Positions 39,478-50,796 of a stretch of DNA of 64,000 nt are shown piece by piece (the first letter of the stretch is position 1; every line of letters starts with the position of its first letter). Source of the DNA: Candidatus Poribacteria bacterium (GTDB taxonomy: Bacteria; Poribacteria; WGA-4E; PCPOR2b); the NCBI GenBank assembly GCA_965208325.1, contig OZ242326.1, positions 3,904,001 through 3,968,000 on the forward strand, read 5' to 3'. The position numbers and the translations under genes are program-made. The notes under the pieces were generated by a model. The model saw only the letters and a list, made by a program, of their open reading frames with translations, was not told the origin of the DNA and did not search any database.

Positions 39478-39772
39478 TGCGCTACCAATCTTTTTTTCGG
39501 GTTGAAGAGTGCACGGGTGGCTTACGCATTAGCGAAAATGGGAGTGTTAACCAATTTCCAACCATGAAAGCAAATTTTTCGTCGGCAACGACGTTGAATA
39601 TTCTTCAATTTCGCTAAGCTGTAGAATAGGATACCTTGTGAAAGGAAAGTTCAACAACGATGAAGAACTGCATAGAATTGGGTATATCTAGAAAGTGCAG
39701 AAAACTACCAAAAGACAGAAAAAGCGGATGGCGACTAAACGATTTCGGTTGCCATCATGATTTTACCAAAAT

Positions 39773-42700
39773 TCAGTCCGCGGCCTGTTCATCAAGGGAC
39801 AGTATCGGCAACTCGGTTTTCGGCATAGGAGATTCGGGTTCTGTTCGCGGTAAAATCTCGATTTTCCTGAATTGCGATACGCCTGTTCCCGCTGGGATTA
39901 AACGCCCCATGATTACATTTTCCTTCAGTCCCTTGAGATAATCCCGTTTCCCTACAACAGTAGCTTTTGTCAGCACATTCGTAGTCTGCTGAAACGATGC
40001 GGCGGAAATGAAACTTTCTGTACTTAACGCCGCTTTAGTAATTCCTTGTAGAATTGGCTCCGCCATCGCCGGTTGCCCGCCTTCACTTATGGCGTGGCGA
40101 TTGACTCGGTTAAACGTTGAACGATCCACCTCGTCATCCTCAAGGAATTCCGTACTCCCAGGCGACGTAATCCGCACCTTATTCAGCATCCGGCGAATAA
40201 TGACCTCAATATGTTTATCATTTATCCGTTCCCCTTGTGTGCGGTAAACTTCCTGCACCTCATTCACCAAATAGGACTGAACAGCTTCTTCGCCTTTGAC
40301 CTCTAAAATGTCATGGGGGTTAATCGGACCGTCTGTCACGCGTTCCCCGGCTTCAACTAAATCCCCATCGTGTACGATTAGGTGTTTTCCCATCGGAATG
40401 CGGTAAGGCCTGCTTGATACATCGGTATGCACAATCCGTAACTGCCGCATTCCACGGTTGATGCCTTCCAACTTCACATGCCCCTCGATTTCGGCGATTA
40501 TTGCTGCATCCCTAGGGCGACGGGCTTCAAAGAGTTCGGTTACGCGAGGGAGACCGGTGACAATGTCTCGACTTTTTGCTGTTTCCCGTGGAAGCCGCGC
40601 CAAAACGGTGCCAGGAGTGACCATTTCCTCATCAGTCACGGAGAGGTGGGCTCCAGTTGGCATAAGGTAACTGGCCAAAAGTTCCTCATTGTCAGAATAG
40701 ATTTCGATTCGTGGTTGATCCTCTCCCTTATATTCGATGATCACCCGTTCTGCCAATCCAGTAGCTTTATCTTCCCGCATGGTCCTGCCTTCAACAATAT
40801 CTTGGAACACTGCTTTCCCTTGATATTCTGTCAGAATTGGCACTCGATACGGATCCCATTCAAGAAGAAGTGATGGTGTCTGCTCCTCGGCATGCGGGTC
40901 GCCTTTGGTCACCCTCTGTCCTTCATCGACACATAGTCGAGCACCAATTTGCGCATCGTGCCGCTCAATCACCCGTCCATTTTCATCAACAATACGTAGT
41001 TGAGCGTTTCGAGAAAGCACAATCTTTTCAATTTCCGGCGGGCCTTTGGTTGTTGATTTGTCCAAAGAGGTATCATCAACCTGAACCGGATGTTCAACAA
41101 ATCTGACACTGTGGTACTTGACCACACCGTCATGCCGCGCTTCAATTCGGGATTGGAATCCTCCACCGCTTACAGTTCCACCGGTATGAAACGTCCGCAT
41201 CGTCAACTGGGTTCCGGGCTCGCCGATTGACTGCGCAGCAATAATGCCAATTGCTTCCCCGATATCAACCAACTGCCCTGTTGTCAAGTCTGTACCATAG
41301 CAGAGCGCACACACGCCATGCGCAGCCTCACAAGTAAGTGCTGACCGAATGCGGAGGCTTGTTACGCCGACTGCTTCAATCTGCTCCGCGATTTGACGGC
41401 TGATTAGCATATCTCTAGCAATAATGACTTCATTTGTATTTGGATCTGTAATGTCCTCTGCAACCGTTCGGCCAGTAATCCGTTCAGAGAAGGTGTCATC
41501 TTCATCCTCGCTGGCAACCTTGGTAATGCCATTTAATGTTCCGCAGTTCTTTGTGGTAATCATCATATCTTGTGCTACATCCACCAATTTGCGGGTCAGA
41601 TAACCGCTGCTCGCAGTCTTTATCGCCGTGTCTGCCAACCCTTTTCGCGCACCGTGCGTAGAGATAAAGTATTCGAGCACGGACAATCCCTCTCGGAAAG
41701 ACGATTCAATCGGTTGTTCGATGATTTCACCGGAGGGCTTTGTCATTAGTCCTCGCATGCCGCTTATCTGGCGAATTGATTCTTTTCTGGATCGTGCCCC
41801 GGAATCCACCATGATATGAACCGGATTAAATCCCTTTATCTCATCGTCACGTCCCTGTTCTAGTTCTTCAAACAATGCAGTTTCGATGTCATCAATTAGT
41901 TGGTGCCAAACATCGATAACTTTGTTATATCTTTCTCCTGGGCTCATTCCGCCGCTCGCATATTCCTTGTCAATCTCTGTCACTTGTTCTCGCGCTGCTT
42001 GGATAGATTCCTGTTTTTTTGATGGAACAATCAAATCTCCAATGCCAATCGAGATTCCAGCCACAGTCGCATAATGAAATCCGAGCTGTTTGAGTTCATC
42101 AATAAATTCCACGGTACGCCGGTTTCCAAGCTCATCAAAACAACGTGACACTAGACGTGAAAGATCTTTCCCCTGCATTTCCCAATTGATAAACGGGATT
42201 TGGCGTTCAACTTTGGGATTGGTGAACATCAGGTCGTTTGGAATTATTTGGTTAAAGATTACCCGACCCACTGTTGTCTCAACCGGCGGTATCGCATCAT
42301 CAATGTGGAGCAGTACCGGGTCATGCAGACCCAAAATCCCGCACTCATGGGCAATAATCACTTCCTGTTGATTCTGATAGTGCCGTGGTATTGCAATCTG
42401 ACAAGAGTTTTCCCGATTTGCTTGAGGAATAGATTTCGTGAGGAAACTACAACCGAGTACAACATCAAGATTCGGCACTGCCGTGGCCTCACCGTGAGCG
42501 GGCTTCAAGATGTTTCGAGTAGCCATCATGAGTAACTTCGATTCAACCTGTGCTTCAACACTCAAAGGCACATGCACCGCCATCTGGTCTCCATCAAAGT
42601 CAGCGTTGAAGGCAGTGCAAACCAGCGGGTTGATTCGGATTGCCTTGCCTTCAACCAATGAGGGTTGAAACGCCTGAATCCCAAGGCGGTGGAGTGTCGG

Positions 42701-44020
42701 CGGACGGTTGAGCAATACAGGATGTTCGTCAATCACCTCTTCAAGGACTTCCCAGACCTCTGGAGAAACCTTTTCAGCCATATTTTTGGCACGCTTGATG
42801 GTGTGAGCATATCCCTTTTCCTGCAGCTTTCGAATGATGAACGGCTTGAACAATTCCAGTGCCATAGCTTTGGGCAAGCCGCATTGATGCAACTTAAGTT
42901 CTGGCCCCACAACTATGACAGATCTGCCTGAATAATCAACCCGTTTACCAAGCAGGTTCTGTCGAAAGCGTCCCACCTTACCTTTGAGCATGTCGCTCAA
43001 AGACTTCAACGGGCGGTTCCCCGGTCCACGCACTACCCGTCCATGCCGGCCATTGTCCAACAACGCATCAACAGCTTCCTGAAGCATTCGCTTCTCATTC
43101 CGAATGATTACTTCTGGCGCACGTAGCTCCATCAATCGTTTTAGTCGATTATTCCGGTTGATTACCCGTCGGTACAAGTCATTGAGGTCGCTGGTTGCGA
43201 AGCGCCCGCCGTCAAGTGCGACAAGTGGACGTAAATCCGGTGGAATCACCGGAACCTCGGTAAGAATCATCCAGTGCGGTTTGTTGCCAGATTTCAAAAA
43301 GCCGAGCACCGATTTCAACCGTTTTGAAAGTTTCCGCGCTTTCTGTTTACTCCCGGTTTCGTCCAATTCAGCACGCAGTGTTTGGGATTCTTGCTCTAAA
43401 TCTATCCGTTCAAGCAGTTCGCGGATAGCTTCAGCCCCCATCTCAGCTCGGAAATCATACTGAACTTTGAGTTTATTGTACTCCTCTTCTGACAGAAGCT
43501 GCTTAACCGCCAGAGAGCATTCCGAATCATTGACATCAAGCACAACATACGCTTCAAAGTATAGTATTCGCTCAATGTCACGAAAAGACAAATCCAAAAA
43601 GAGGCCGATTCGGGATGGCAGCCCTTTAAAGTACCATACATGTGAGACCGGCGCCGCCAACTGGATATATCCCATTCTTTCCCGGCGCACCTTTTGTTGA
43701 GTTACCTCAACGCCGCAGCGATCACAAATCACCCCTTTATGCTTAATTCGTTTGTACTTTCCGCACGCACATTCCCAGTCCTTCTGGGGACCAAATATCG
43801 CCTCACAAAATAAACCCTCCCGTTCCGGACGAAACGTCCGATAGTTAATGGTTTCAGGTTTACGAACCTCGGCGCAGTTGCACTCCCCCATCATCGGACA
43901 AGGCCATACTTTGCTCGCTCGTTTCTTGCAAGAAGCCTGTTTTGCCCAACTCTTAATTTGGTCTGGTGAGGCAATTCGGATGGAGATTGCATCAAAATTG
44001 TTCAAATTCTTTGTATCCAA
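39773..44020 (-). CDS. rpoC: DNA-directed RNA polymerase subunit beta'
   Basis: KPETINYRT, Zn finger, [20 protein letters not shown] and GLKENVI. Confidence 0.99.
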   Translation of the reverse strand: MDTKNLNNFDAISIRIASPDQIKSWAKQASCKKRASKVWPCPMMGECNCAEVRKPETINYRTFRPEREGLFCEAIFGPQKDWECACGKYKRIKHKGVICDRCGVEVTQQKVRRERMGYIQLAAPVSHVWYFKGLPSRIGLFLDLSFRDIERILYFEAYVVLDVNDSECSLAVKQLLSEEEYNKLKVQYDFRAEMGAEAIRELLERIDLEQESQTLRAELDETGSKQKARKLSKRLKSVLGFLKSGNKPHWMILTEVPVIPPDLRPLVALDGGRFATSDLNDLYRRVINRNNRLKRLMELRAPEVIIRNEKRMLQEAVDALLDNGRHGRVVRGPGNRPLKSLSDMLKGKVGRFRQNLLGKRVDYSGRSVIVVGPELKLHQCGLPKAMALELFKPFIIRKLQEKGYAHTIKRAKNMAEKVSPEVWEVLEEVIDEHPVLLNRPPTLHRLGIQAFQPSLVEGKAIRINPLVCTAFNADFDGDQMAVHVPLSVEAQVESKLLMMATRNILKPAHGEATAVPNLDVVLGCSFLTKSIPQANRENSCQIAIPRHYQNQQEVIIAHECGILGLHDPVLLHIDDAIPPVETTVGRVIFNQIIPNDLMFTNPKVERQIPFINWEMQGKDLSRLVSRCFDELGNRRTVEFIDELKQLGFHYATVAGISIGIGDLIVPSKKQESIQAAREQVTEIDKEYASGGMSPGERYNKVIDVWHQLIDDIETALFEELEQGRDDEIKGFNPVHIMVDSGARSRKESIRQISGMRGLMTKPSGEIIEQPIESSFREGLSVLEYFISTHGARKGLADTAIKTASSGYLTRKLVDVAQDMMITTKNCGTLNGITKVASEDEDDTFSERITGRTVAEDITDPNTNEVIIARDMLISRQIAEQIEAVGVTSLRIRSALTCEAAHGVCALCYGTDLTTGQLVDIGEAIGIIAAQSIGEPGTQLTMRTFHTGGTVSGGGFQSRIEARHDGVVKYHSVRFVEHPVQVDDTSLDKSTTKGPPEIEKIVLSRNAQLRIVDENGRVIERHDAQIGARLCVDEGQRVTKGDPHAEEQTPSLLLEWDPYRVPILTEYQGKAVFQDIVEGRTMREDKATGLAERVIIEYKGEDQPRIEIYSDNEELLASYLMPTGAHLSVTDEEMVTPGTVLARLPRETAKSRDIVTGLPRVTELFEARRPRDAAIIAEIEGHVKLEGINRGMRQLRIVHTDVSSRPYRIPMGKHLIVHDGDLVEAGERVTDGPINPHDILEVKGEEAVQSYLVNEVQEVYRTQGERINDKHIEVIIRRMLNKVRITSPGSTEFLEDDEVDRSTFNRVNRHAISEGGQPAMAEPILQGITKAALSTESFISAASFQQTTNVLTKATVVGKRDYLKGLKENVIMGRLIPAGTGVSQFRKIEILPRTEPESPMPKTELPILSLDEQAAD

Positions 44021-44099
44021 GGTGCTTCTCCTTATACATAGGGGTATATGGGCAGTTGCTAATTTCTCAATGCTTTAAAATCTGGCACAATTCCTTCGC

Positions 44100-47000
44100 T
44101 CAATTCTTATCCTCCCAATTCGTCGCATCCGCATCAAACTCTAGTTCTTCGGGGACATCACCGATTTCCTCAAGGTCAACATCAAGACACAAACTCTGTA
44201 GCTCCTTAACTAGCACGTTAAAGGACTCCGGTGTGCCGGGTGCCGGGGCATTTTCGCCCTTGACAATGGCCTCATATATCTTACTTCTACCGGCGACATC
44301 ATCCGATTTGATGGTCAACAACTCTTGGAGGGTGTAGGCAGCGCCATAAGCTTCCAAAGCCCAAACTTCCATCTCGCCAAATCGTTGTCCGCCTTGTTGA
44401 GCCTTTCCGCCCAACGGCTGCTGCGTCACCAATGAATAAGGCCCTGTGCTGCGGGCATGAATCTTATCGTCTACCAAGTGGTTCAACTTAAGAATGTAGG
44501 CATAACCGACAGTGGTTTCCTGCTCGAAATGAGCACCGGTTCTACCGTCGAAGAGTTTTGCTTTTCCTGTTGGCGGGAGACCGGCATCATTCAGCAATTC
44601 CTGTATCTCGTTTTCTGTGGCGCCGTCAAAAACAGGTGTTGCGATGTATAAACCTAATTTTTCAACCGCCCAGCCGAGATGTGTTTCCAGAATCTGTCCA
44701 ACGTTCATGCGAGAGGGGACGCCCAATGGGTTTAACACAATTTCCACAGGGGTGCCATCTTCCAAATACGGCATATCTTCCTGGGGAAGAATTTTTGCGA
44801 CTACCCCCTTGTTTCCGTGCCGCCCAGCTATCTTATCGCCAACTGCAATTTTTCGGCGATTGGCAACGTAGACCTTGACAAGTTTAATTACGCCCGGCTT
44901 GAGTTCGTCACCCTTGCGAATCTTCTCAATATTCGCCTCCTTTTCCGTTGTTAAGGCTTCGACCCGTCCTTGGGCCAAATAACGAATGCGGGCGATGCGT
45001 TCCATGGCTTCAGAATCCGTCACTCGAATATCCTCAAGGGGAACGCCGCTGTCAATAATCTCTTCAGTAACCAAGTCACCAGGCTTCGCCGCAATCACTT
45101 CTTCCGAACCTTCTACTGCGGATGTACGAAGTTCGTTAGCGAGTGCCCCGCCCAATAGTGCGTTTCGAATCTCTGCATGTTCCCGCTGCTGAATTAGTGC
45201 ACATTTGGACTCCCACTCTTTTTCCACTTCTTTCTCTTTGGCGGCTTCCCGAAGCTGAGCTTGGCGATCCTTGTCCCTATCTCTTCGAGAGAACACCCTG
45301 ACATCAATAACTACGCCTTCAACACCCGTCCTGGCATACGTCGAAGCGTCGCGGACTTCTCCCACTTTTTCTCCGAAGATTGCGCGCAGCAGTTTCTCTT
45401 CAGGTCCGAGATCGCTTTCCCCCTTCGGAGTTACTTTCCCGACAAGAATACTGCCGGGTCTGACAATCGATCCGACTCGGATAATCCCCTCATCGTCGAG
45501 CTGGCTAAGTGCATCTTCAGGGAGGTTGGGAATATCACGGGTGATTTCTTCTCGTCCCATCTTTGTATCTCGTGCTTCAACTTCAAACTCGTCGATGTGG
45601 ATAGAGGTAAAAGTATCATCAGTCACCAGTGATTCACTGATTAAGATGGCGTCCTCAAAGTTATAGCCTTCCCACGGCATAAACGCTACGAGTACATTGC
45701 TGCCCAGTGCGAGTTCGCCGTTATCGGTGGCCGTGCCATCTGCAATTACCTGCCTGGCTTCGACCTTTTCGCCGACATCTACACACGGGCGTTGATGGAT
45801 GCATGTCCCGTTGTTCGATCGCCTAAAGTTCATTAGTCGGTAAACATCGTACCCCATTTCCGAAAAGGATTGTTCCCCGCCGTCAACATGAAAGGCGTCT
45901 TCCGTGCGGATAATAATCTCGGATGCAGAAATGCTTTCAACAGTCCCGTCGCGCTTCGCCAACACCACTGCGCCCGAATCTCGAGCAGCTTTGGATTCCA
46001 TGCCAGTGCCGATTCGAGGCGCCTCAGGGCTGATCAGCGGCACAGCTTGACGCTGCATGTTACTCCCCATTAATGCCCGGTTTGCATCGTCATGTTCAAG
46101 GAATGGAATGAGCGCCGCAGACACGCCCACAATCTGCTTGGGGGACACATCAATGTAATCAATTTCTTTGGGAGATTTCCGAGGAAAATCCCCCTGATAT
46201 CGTGTGACCAACCCATTCCCAACCAGTTTCCCGCGTTTGTCAAGCAATGTATTTGCTTGTGCAATCGCAAAATCATCCTCTTTGTCCGCTGTCAGATAGT
46301 CAATCCGGTCCGTGGCTCGTCCCTTGACCACCTTGCGGTACGGGGTCTCCAGAAAACCGTAGGTGTTTACCCGTGCATATGTGCTCAATGAGACTATCAA
46401 GCCGACGGATGGGCCTTCTGGTGTCTCGATTGGACACACTCTGCCGTAGTGAGTGCGGTGAACATCGCGGACCTCGAAAGTTGCGCGTTCGCGGTGCAAT
46501 CCGCCCGGACCAAGCGCGCTGAGTCGACGTTTGTGGGTCAATTCGTCTAGCGGGTTAGTCTGCTGCATGAATTGAGAAAGCTGGCTGGAACCAAAGAAAT
46601 CTTTAATTGCCGCTGCTAGCGGTTTGGGGTTAATTAAATCCGTCGCGGTGGCGTTTTCAAGCTCTTGGATTGTCATGCGTTCACGTGTCGCCCGCGTGAC
46701 ACGCATTATTCCCATCCGCACCTGGTTTTGGAGCAACTCCCCGACCGCTCGCACACGTCGATTGCCTAGGTGGTCGATATCGTCTGTTACTCCATCGCCG
46801 TTTTGGAGGTCAATCAGGTATTTGAGTGCTGCCGCGATATCTTCTCTCCGTAGGGTACGTTTACCCTCATCAACCTTTCCGTTTCCATTGTGGTAAATGG
46901 AGAGTCCGCCCAGTTTTTCATTGAGCTTGTAACGTCCGACTCGAGACAGGTCATATCGGACCGGGTCGAAGACCATCTTTTCAAAACGGTTGCGTGCGCT

Positions 47001-48017
47001 CTCTATCGTTGGGGGGTCGCCCGGTTGGAGTTTGCGAAAAATTTCCACCAAAGCCTGATCTTGAATGTGCCCGGCTTTGTAATCAGATTGGCGGTCACGT
47101 TCGAGAGTATTCCTTAACAATCGAATTTCTTCCGCATCCTTCTCAGCCAATACTTCAACCTCATCGACTCCCGATTCAATGCACGCAGTCAAGCAATCAT
47201 TTGTCAGTTCTGTATTCGCCTCCAACAGTACCTCTCCAGTTTCCGGATTGACTACCGGACTGGCTGTGATACGCCCTTCTAGTGCTTCAATTGTAGCGGG
47301 GTCGTTCACAATTGCGCAGCTATCGACATTTGCAAATAGCTTGAGAATCTGCTCATCGGTTTCCCAACCGAGTGCACGGAGCAGCACCGTAACGAGCATT
47401 TTTTTACGCCGCGCCAGACGGACATGAATCAAATCTTTGATGTCGCATTCAAACTCGATCCATTCACCGCGGTACGGAATAATCCTTGCCGTGAAAAGTT
47501 TCTGACCGCTGGTATGGGTATCTTCGCTAAAAGTTGCTCCTGGAGATCGGTGAAGCTGGCTGACAATCACCCGTTCCGCACCGTTGATTACGAATGTGCC
47601 GTTTTCCGTCATTAGCGGAAGTTCACCCATGTAGACTTCATTTTCTTTAATGTCAATCGTGTTCTTGTCACCAGTGTCTTTATCCTGCTCTCGAAAAACC
47701 AAACGGACGCGAATCTTGAGCGGAACGGCATATGTAAATCCGCGAGATTGGCATTCGTTAATATCGTATTTTGGCGGACTAAGGGTGTAATTAACAAATT
47801 CGAGGCTGGACGTTTCGCTGAAATCCGAAATTGGGAAAATTTCGCTGAAGATGGCTTGCAACCCAATTTCTTCACGTTCATCGGGTTCTACATTTCGCTG
47901 TAAGAACTTGTCGTAGGAGTACTTTTGGACCTCAATCAGATCGGGGAGATTCATAATCTCTGGAATTTTTGCGAAGGGTTTTCGTTCACGCTTACCAAAT
48001 TCGATGCGGTGGGGCAT
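44100..48017 (-). CDS. rpoB: DNA-directed RNA polymerase subunit beta
   Basis: [32 protein letters not shown] and [10 protein letters not shown]. Confidence 0.99.
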   Translation of the reverse strand: MPHRIEFGKRERKPFAKIPEIMNLPDLIEVQKYSYDKFLQRNVEPDEREEIGLQAIFSEIFPISDFSETSSLEFVNYTLSPPKYDINECQSRGFTYAVPLKIRVRLVFREQDKDTGDKNTIDIKENEVYMGELPLMTENGTFVINGAERVIVSQLHRSPGATFSEDTHTSGQKLFTARIIPYRGEWIEFECDIKDLIHVRLARRKKMLVTVLLRALGWETDEQILKLFANVDSCAIVNDPATIEALEGRITASPVVNPETGEVLLEANTELTNDCLTACIESGVDEVEVLAEKDAEEIRLLRNTLERDRQSDYKAGHIQDQALVEIFRKLQPGDPPTIESARNRFEKMVFDPVRYDLSRVGRYKLNEKLGGLSIYHNGNGKVDEGKRTLRREDIAAALKYLIDLQNGDGVTDDIDHLGNRRVRAVGELLQNQVRMGIMRVTRATRERMTIQELENATATDLINPKPLAAAIKDFFGSSQLSQFMQQTNPLDELTHKRRLSALGPGGLHRERATFEVRDVHRTHYGRVCPIETPEGPSVGLIVSLSTYARVNTYGFLETPYRKVVKGRATDRIDYLTADKEDDFAIAQANTLLDKRGKLVGNGLVTRYQGDFPRKSPKEIDYIDVSPKQIVGVSAALIPFLEHDDANRALMGSNMQRQAVPLISPEAPRIGTGMESKAARDSGAVVLAKRDGTVESISASEIIIRTEDAFHVDGGEQSFSEMGYDVYRLMNFRRSNNGTCIHQRPCVDVGEKVEARQVIADGTATDNGELALGSNVLVAFMPWEGYNFEDAILISESLVTDDTFTSIHIDEFEVEARDTKMGREEITRDIPNLPEDALSQLDDEGIIRVGSIVRPGSILVGKVTPKGESDLGPEEKLLRAIFGEKVGEVRDASTYARTGVEGVVIDVRVFSRRDRDKDRQAQLREAAKEKEVEKEWESKCALIQQREHAEIRNALLGGALANELRTSAVEGSEEVIAAKPGDLVTEEIIDSGVPLEDIRVTDSEAMERIARIRYLAQGRVEALTTEKEANIEKIRKGDELKPGVIKLVKVYVANRRKIAVGDKIAGRHGNKGVVAKILPQEDMPYLEDGTPVEIVLNPLGVPSRMNVGQILETHLGWAVEKLGLYIATPVFDGATENEIQELLNDAGLPPTGKAKLFDGRTGAHFEQETTVGYAYILKLNHLVDDKIHARSTGPYSLVTQQPLGGKAQQGGQRFGEMEVWALEAYGAAYTLQELLTIKSDDVAGRSKIYEAIVKGENAPAPGTPESFNVLVKELQSLCLDVDLEEIGDVPEELEFDADATNWEDKN

Positions 48018-48091
48018 ACTTTCACCTTTATGCTTAGAAGGTTAAAGGGGGATGGCGTAATGACTCAATTTGTAAACCACGCAAACCTAAT

Positions 48092-48120
48092 ATTATACAG
48101 AAAGATTTTCCCTATGTCAA
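48092..48120 (-). promoter_or_regulatory. Perfect-consensus sigma70 promoter of rpoBC
   Basis: TTGACA-17 nt-TATAAT, 75 nt upstream of the rpoB ATG. Confidence 0.85.
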
Positions 48121-48565
48121 GTTTTCTACCTAAATTTCTACACTTAAAATGAAAAAAGGTTGCCTCAAGGTTGAAAAATTTGGTTAAAACCACAGATATT
48201 TGGCTATTTTGCCGCCACTTCGGTGGCATCAATACCAGGATTTGGGATGAAAAGATAAACGATGCCGCCTATATACACAGACATGTTCTATCTGAGTAAA
48301 CGTAAATCGTTGTGTTTGGCTTCAGTGCGGGGCGTTAGACGGTTTGGGTAAGTAGATTGACGAACGTTTTTGGCGGATTTTCAGTAACTTCAAGGGTATT
48401 CCGCGGATGATTTTCCCATCATTTCTTTATCGTTTGCGAGACATACGACGTGAAGGATAGCGGTTGACAGGCAGTTAATCGCCGCCTTGCTGCAGGTCGG
48501 TGTACAATGTTTAGTATATCACAAATAACGTGCGAATGGAAAAAAATCAGTGTTTTAGCATTTAC

Positions 48566-48602
48566 TTGACACAGGAAAAATTGTATTATACATTATCATA
48601 CA
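48566..48602 (+). promoter_or_regulatory. Promoter with overlapping YtrA-type operator
   Basis: TTGACA-17-TACATT, overlapped by TGTA-N13-TACA (48582-48602). Confidence 0.75.
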
Positions 48603-48617
48603 GACCGTACAGATGAG

Positions 48618-49013
48618 GTGCCGATGTTTTTCCACATTGATTATAACAGCAGCCAACCAATTTATCAGCAGGTCATTGAGCAGATTAAGCTCACGATTGT
48701 CAATGGCGGGTTAAAGCCCGGAGAGCGTATGCCTTCTATACGCGAGTTGGCGAAAACGCTGAAGATAAATCCAACTACCGTGGCGAAAATCTACAATGAG
48801 TTGGCGCACCAAGGGGTGCTCGTACTGCGTCAGGGCAAGGGTGCGTTCGTCGCCCCAAAAGTGGTTTCGCTTGCGAGTGAAGAGATTCACCGAATCGTCG
48901 CGGAACATGCCCGGAAAATTTTGGTTGAAGGGTTGCGGTTTGGGTTGACACGCGAGGAGATTGACTTAATTATTGATGCGGAGTATCAAAGTATCAGGAA
49001 AGGGGAGCAATGA
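48618..49013 (+). CDS. GntR-family regulator, YtrA subfamily
   Basis: PIYQQV..QI, PSIRELA..L.INP.TV.K.Y..L, GKG.FV; short C-terminus. Confidence 0.93.
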   Translation: MPMFFHIDYNSSQPIYQQVIEQIKLTIVNGGLKPGERMPSIRELAKTLKINPTTVAKIYNELAHQGVLVLRQGKGAFVAPKVVSLASEEIHRIVAEHARKILVEGLRFGLTREEIDLIIDAEYQSIRKGEQ

Positions 49014-49954
49014 GCGAGGACGTCATTCAAACACACAATCTCACAAAGGATTTCGAGCGCGAAAGAGCCGTGGATTCACTGAGTTTGGCGGTGCCGCAGG
49101 GCTCGGTCTTCGGGTTCTTGGGGGTCAACGGTGCTGGAAAAACAACGACAGTTCGGATGATAATGGGACATCTGTATCCCACCAAAGGGGAGGTCGAGCT
49201 ACTCGGTAAGAATCCGTGGAAACATACCGAAGTTGAACGGCACCGTGTGGCTTATGTTTCAGACAACATGCACTTACCGGGCTGGATGACGCCGAAGCAG
49301 GCAATACGACTCAACGCGTCTCTTTATCCAAGCTGGGACAGCGCGCTCGCGGAGCGTCTACTTTTCGATCTGAATTTGAACCGATGGAAAAAATACCGGT
49401 CGTTCTCGAAAGGCGAGAAACGGCGGCTCTGCCTGCTGCTTGCGATTTGCCAGAACGCCGATGTCCTAATTCTTGACGAACCCGCGTCGGGGCTTGATGT
49501 GGTCGCTCGGCACAAATTCTTGGATCTCATCCTTGAGCGGGTGTACGATGGGCGGCGAACCGTTTTTCTATCTTCGCATCTTTTAAGTGACTTAGAACGT
49601 ATCATTGATAGGCTGGTGATTATCCATCGCGGTCAATTGCATCTGTCGGGTACACTTGATGATTTAAAAACGGAGGTTCGAGAACTCCGCTTGCCGCACG
49701 ACATACCCCGTGAATCGCTTGATTCCTACTTCGAAATTTTACATTATGAGTCAAATGAACAAGGGACGGTCGTCATTATTCGAAACTTCGAGGATGCGCG
49801 TTTTCGAGCATTTTGCCAGCAATTCAATGTGGACGAAATCGTTCAAGTTAACGGTTTCAACTTGGAAGACCTATTTGTGAAGCTCGTCGGTACTGAAGGA
49901 AACAGAAACCGTCGGAATCGCCAAAAGCGCAAATCAAAACACCTTATCGCTTAG
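49010..49954 (+). CDS. ABC transporter ATP-binding protein (YtrB-like)
   Basis: GVNGAGKTT, FSKGE, LDEP.SGLD and SSH. Confidence 0.95.
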   Translation: MSEDVIQTHNLTKDFERERAVDSLSLAVPQGSVFGFLGVNGAGKTTTVRMIMGHLYPTKGEVELLGKNPWKHTEVERHRVAYVSDNMHLPGWMTPKQAIRLNASLYPSWDSALAERLLFDLNLNRWKKYRSFSKGEKRRLCLLLAICQNADVLILDEPASGLDVVARHKFLDLILERVYDGRRTVFLSSHLLSDLERIIDRLVIIHRGQLHLSGTLDDLKTEVRELRLPHDIPRESLDSYFEILHYESNEQGTVVIIRNFEDARFRAFCQQFNVDEIVQVNGFNLEDLFVKLVGTEGNRNRRNRQKRKSKHLIA

Positions 49955-50796
49955 TGTGGAGGAGGTTGCGTCCACGGAAAAGTTGGAGTGCCCAACCTGC
50001 ACAAATTCAGGAATCCATTATGTGTCACCATCAGATGAATCAACGAGAGAAGTATGTGTCCATCGAATTTCTAAAAATGGACGCACGGAAAGTCTTGCCT
50101 TTCTATGTACCCGTTTTGTTACTAACCGTTGGTTACGTTCTCTTTCAGGAAATGCCGTTAGCGCGTACCGATTGGAAATTGAACTTGATCGCCTGTCTAC
50201 AGGGTATGGTAATCGCTTGGGTGCTTTTCAACGATTCAGCAGGGACTGAAGTGTTCGTCTTTTCACGCCCATTATCCCGCGTGCGGTTGTTTTTCACACG
50301 CTGGGCGTTCGGCATTTCGTTTCAGTTGCTGACGATTTCCGTGGTATTCTTCACGGTTGCCATAGGGTTGCGAAGCGAAATTCAGGTGCTGATGAACTCG
50401 CCTTATCAGCCGATGGTCAAATGGTATGAACTGTCTATATTGAGTTCGATTGCACTGTATTCAATTTTGAGCTACGAAATTGTCATGTTCTTAAAGCTGC
50501 GCCATCGTGTTGTGAGTGTGGGCCCATTGACGTGGCGCGATTACATCTGGGTTGTATTAATTTGCGTCCTCATAGGGATAATTTTAACAGGTCTCTTTTC
50601 AAACATTGGACCAATAGCCTATCAGATGATGTCCTGGGCACTAATGGCAAAGTTAGTGTTAGTTAGTTTCTTTGCAATCTTGGTACCAATTCACAATCTA
50701 CTGATTTACGTTGTGCTCGTGACAATTGTGGGTACATTGGCATCGCTCCACTGTTATCAAAACATGGAGATTGAGTCTTTAGCCGTGTTGGGATGA
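49954..50796 (+). CDS. ABC transporter permease-like membrane protein (start uncertain)
   Basis: About 6 TM segments and FSRPLSR..LF motif typical of ABC-2 permeases. Confidence 0.75.
   Translation: MWRRLRPRKSWSAQPAQIQESIMCHHQMNQREKYVSIEFLKMDARKVLPFYVPVLLLTVGYVLFQEMPLARTDWKLNLIACLQGMVIAWVLFNDSAGTEVFVFSRPLSRVRLFFTRWAFGISFQLLTISVVFFTVAIGLRSEIQVLMNSPYQPMVKWYELSILSSIALYSILSYEIVMFLKLRHRVVSVGPLTWRDYIWVVLICVLIGIILTGLFSNIGPIAYQMMSWALMAKLVLVSFFAILVPIHNLLIYVVLVTIVGTLASLHCYQNMEIESLAVLG

Noticed and set aside
39660..48152. Numerous 60-130 aa ORFs antisense to or overlapping rpoB/rpoC, and similar ones across the window
   Set aside because: Shadow ORFs of long conserved genes, with no motifs or RBS support.
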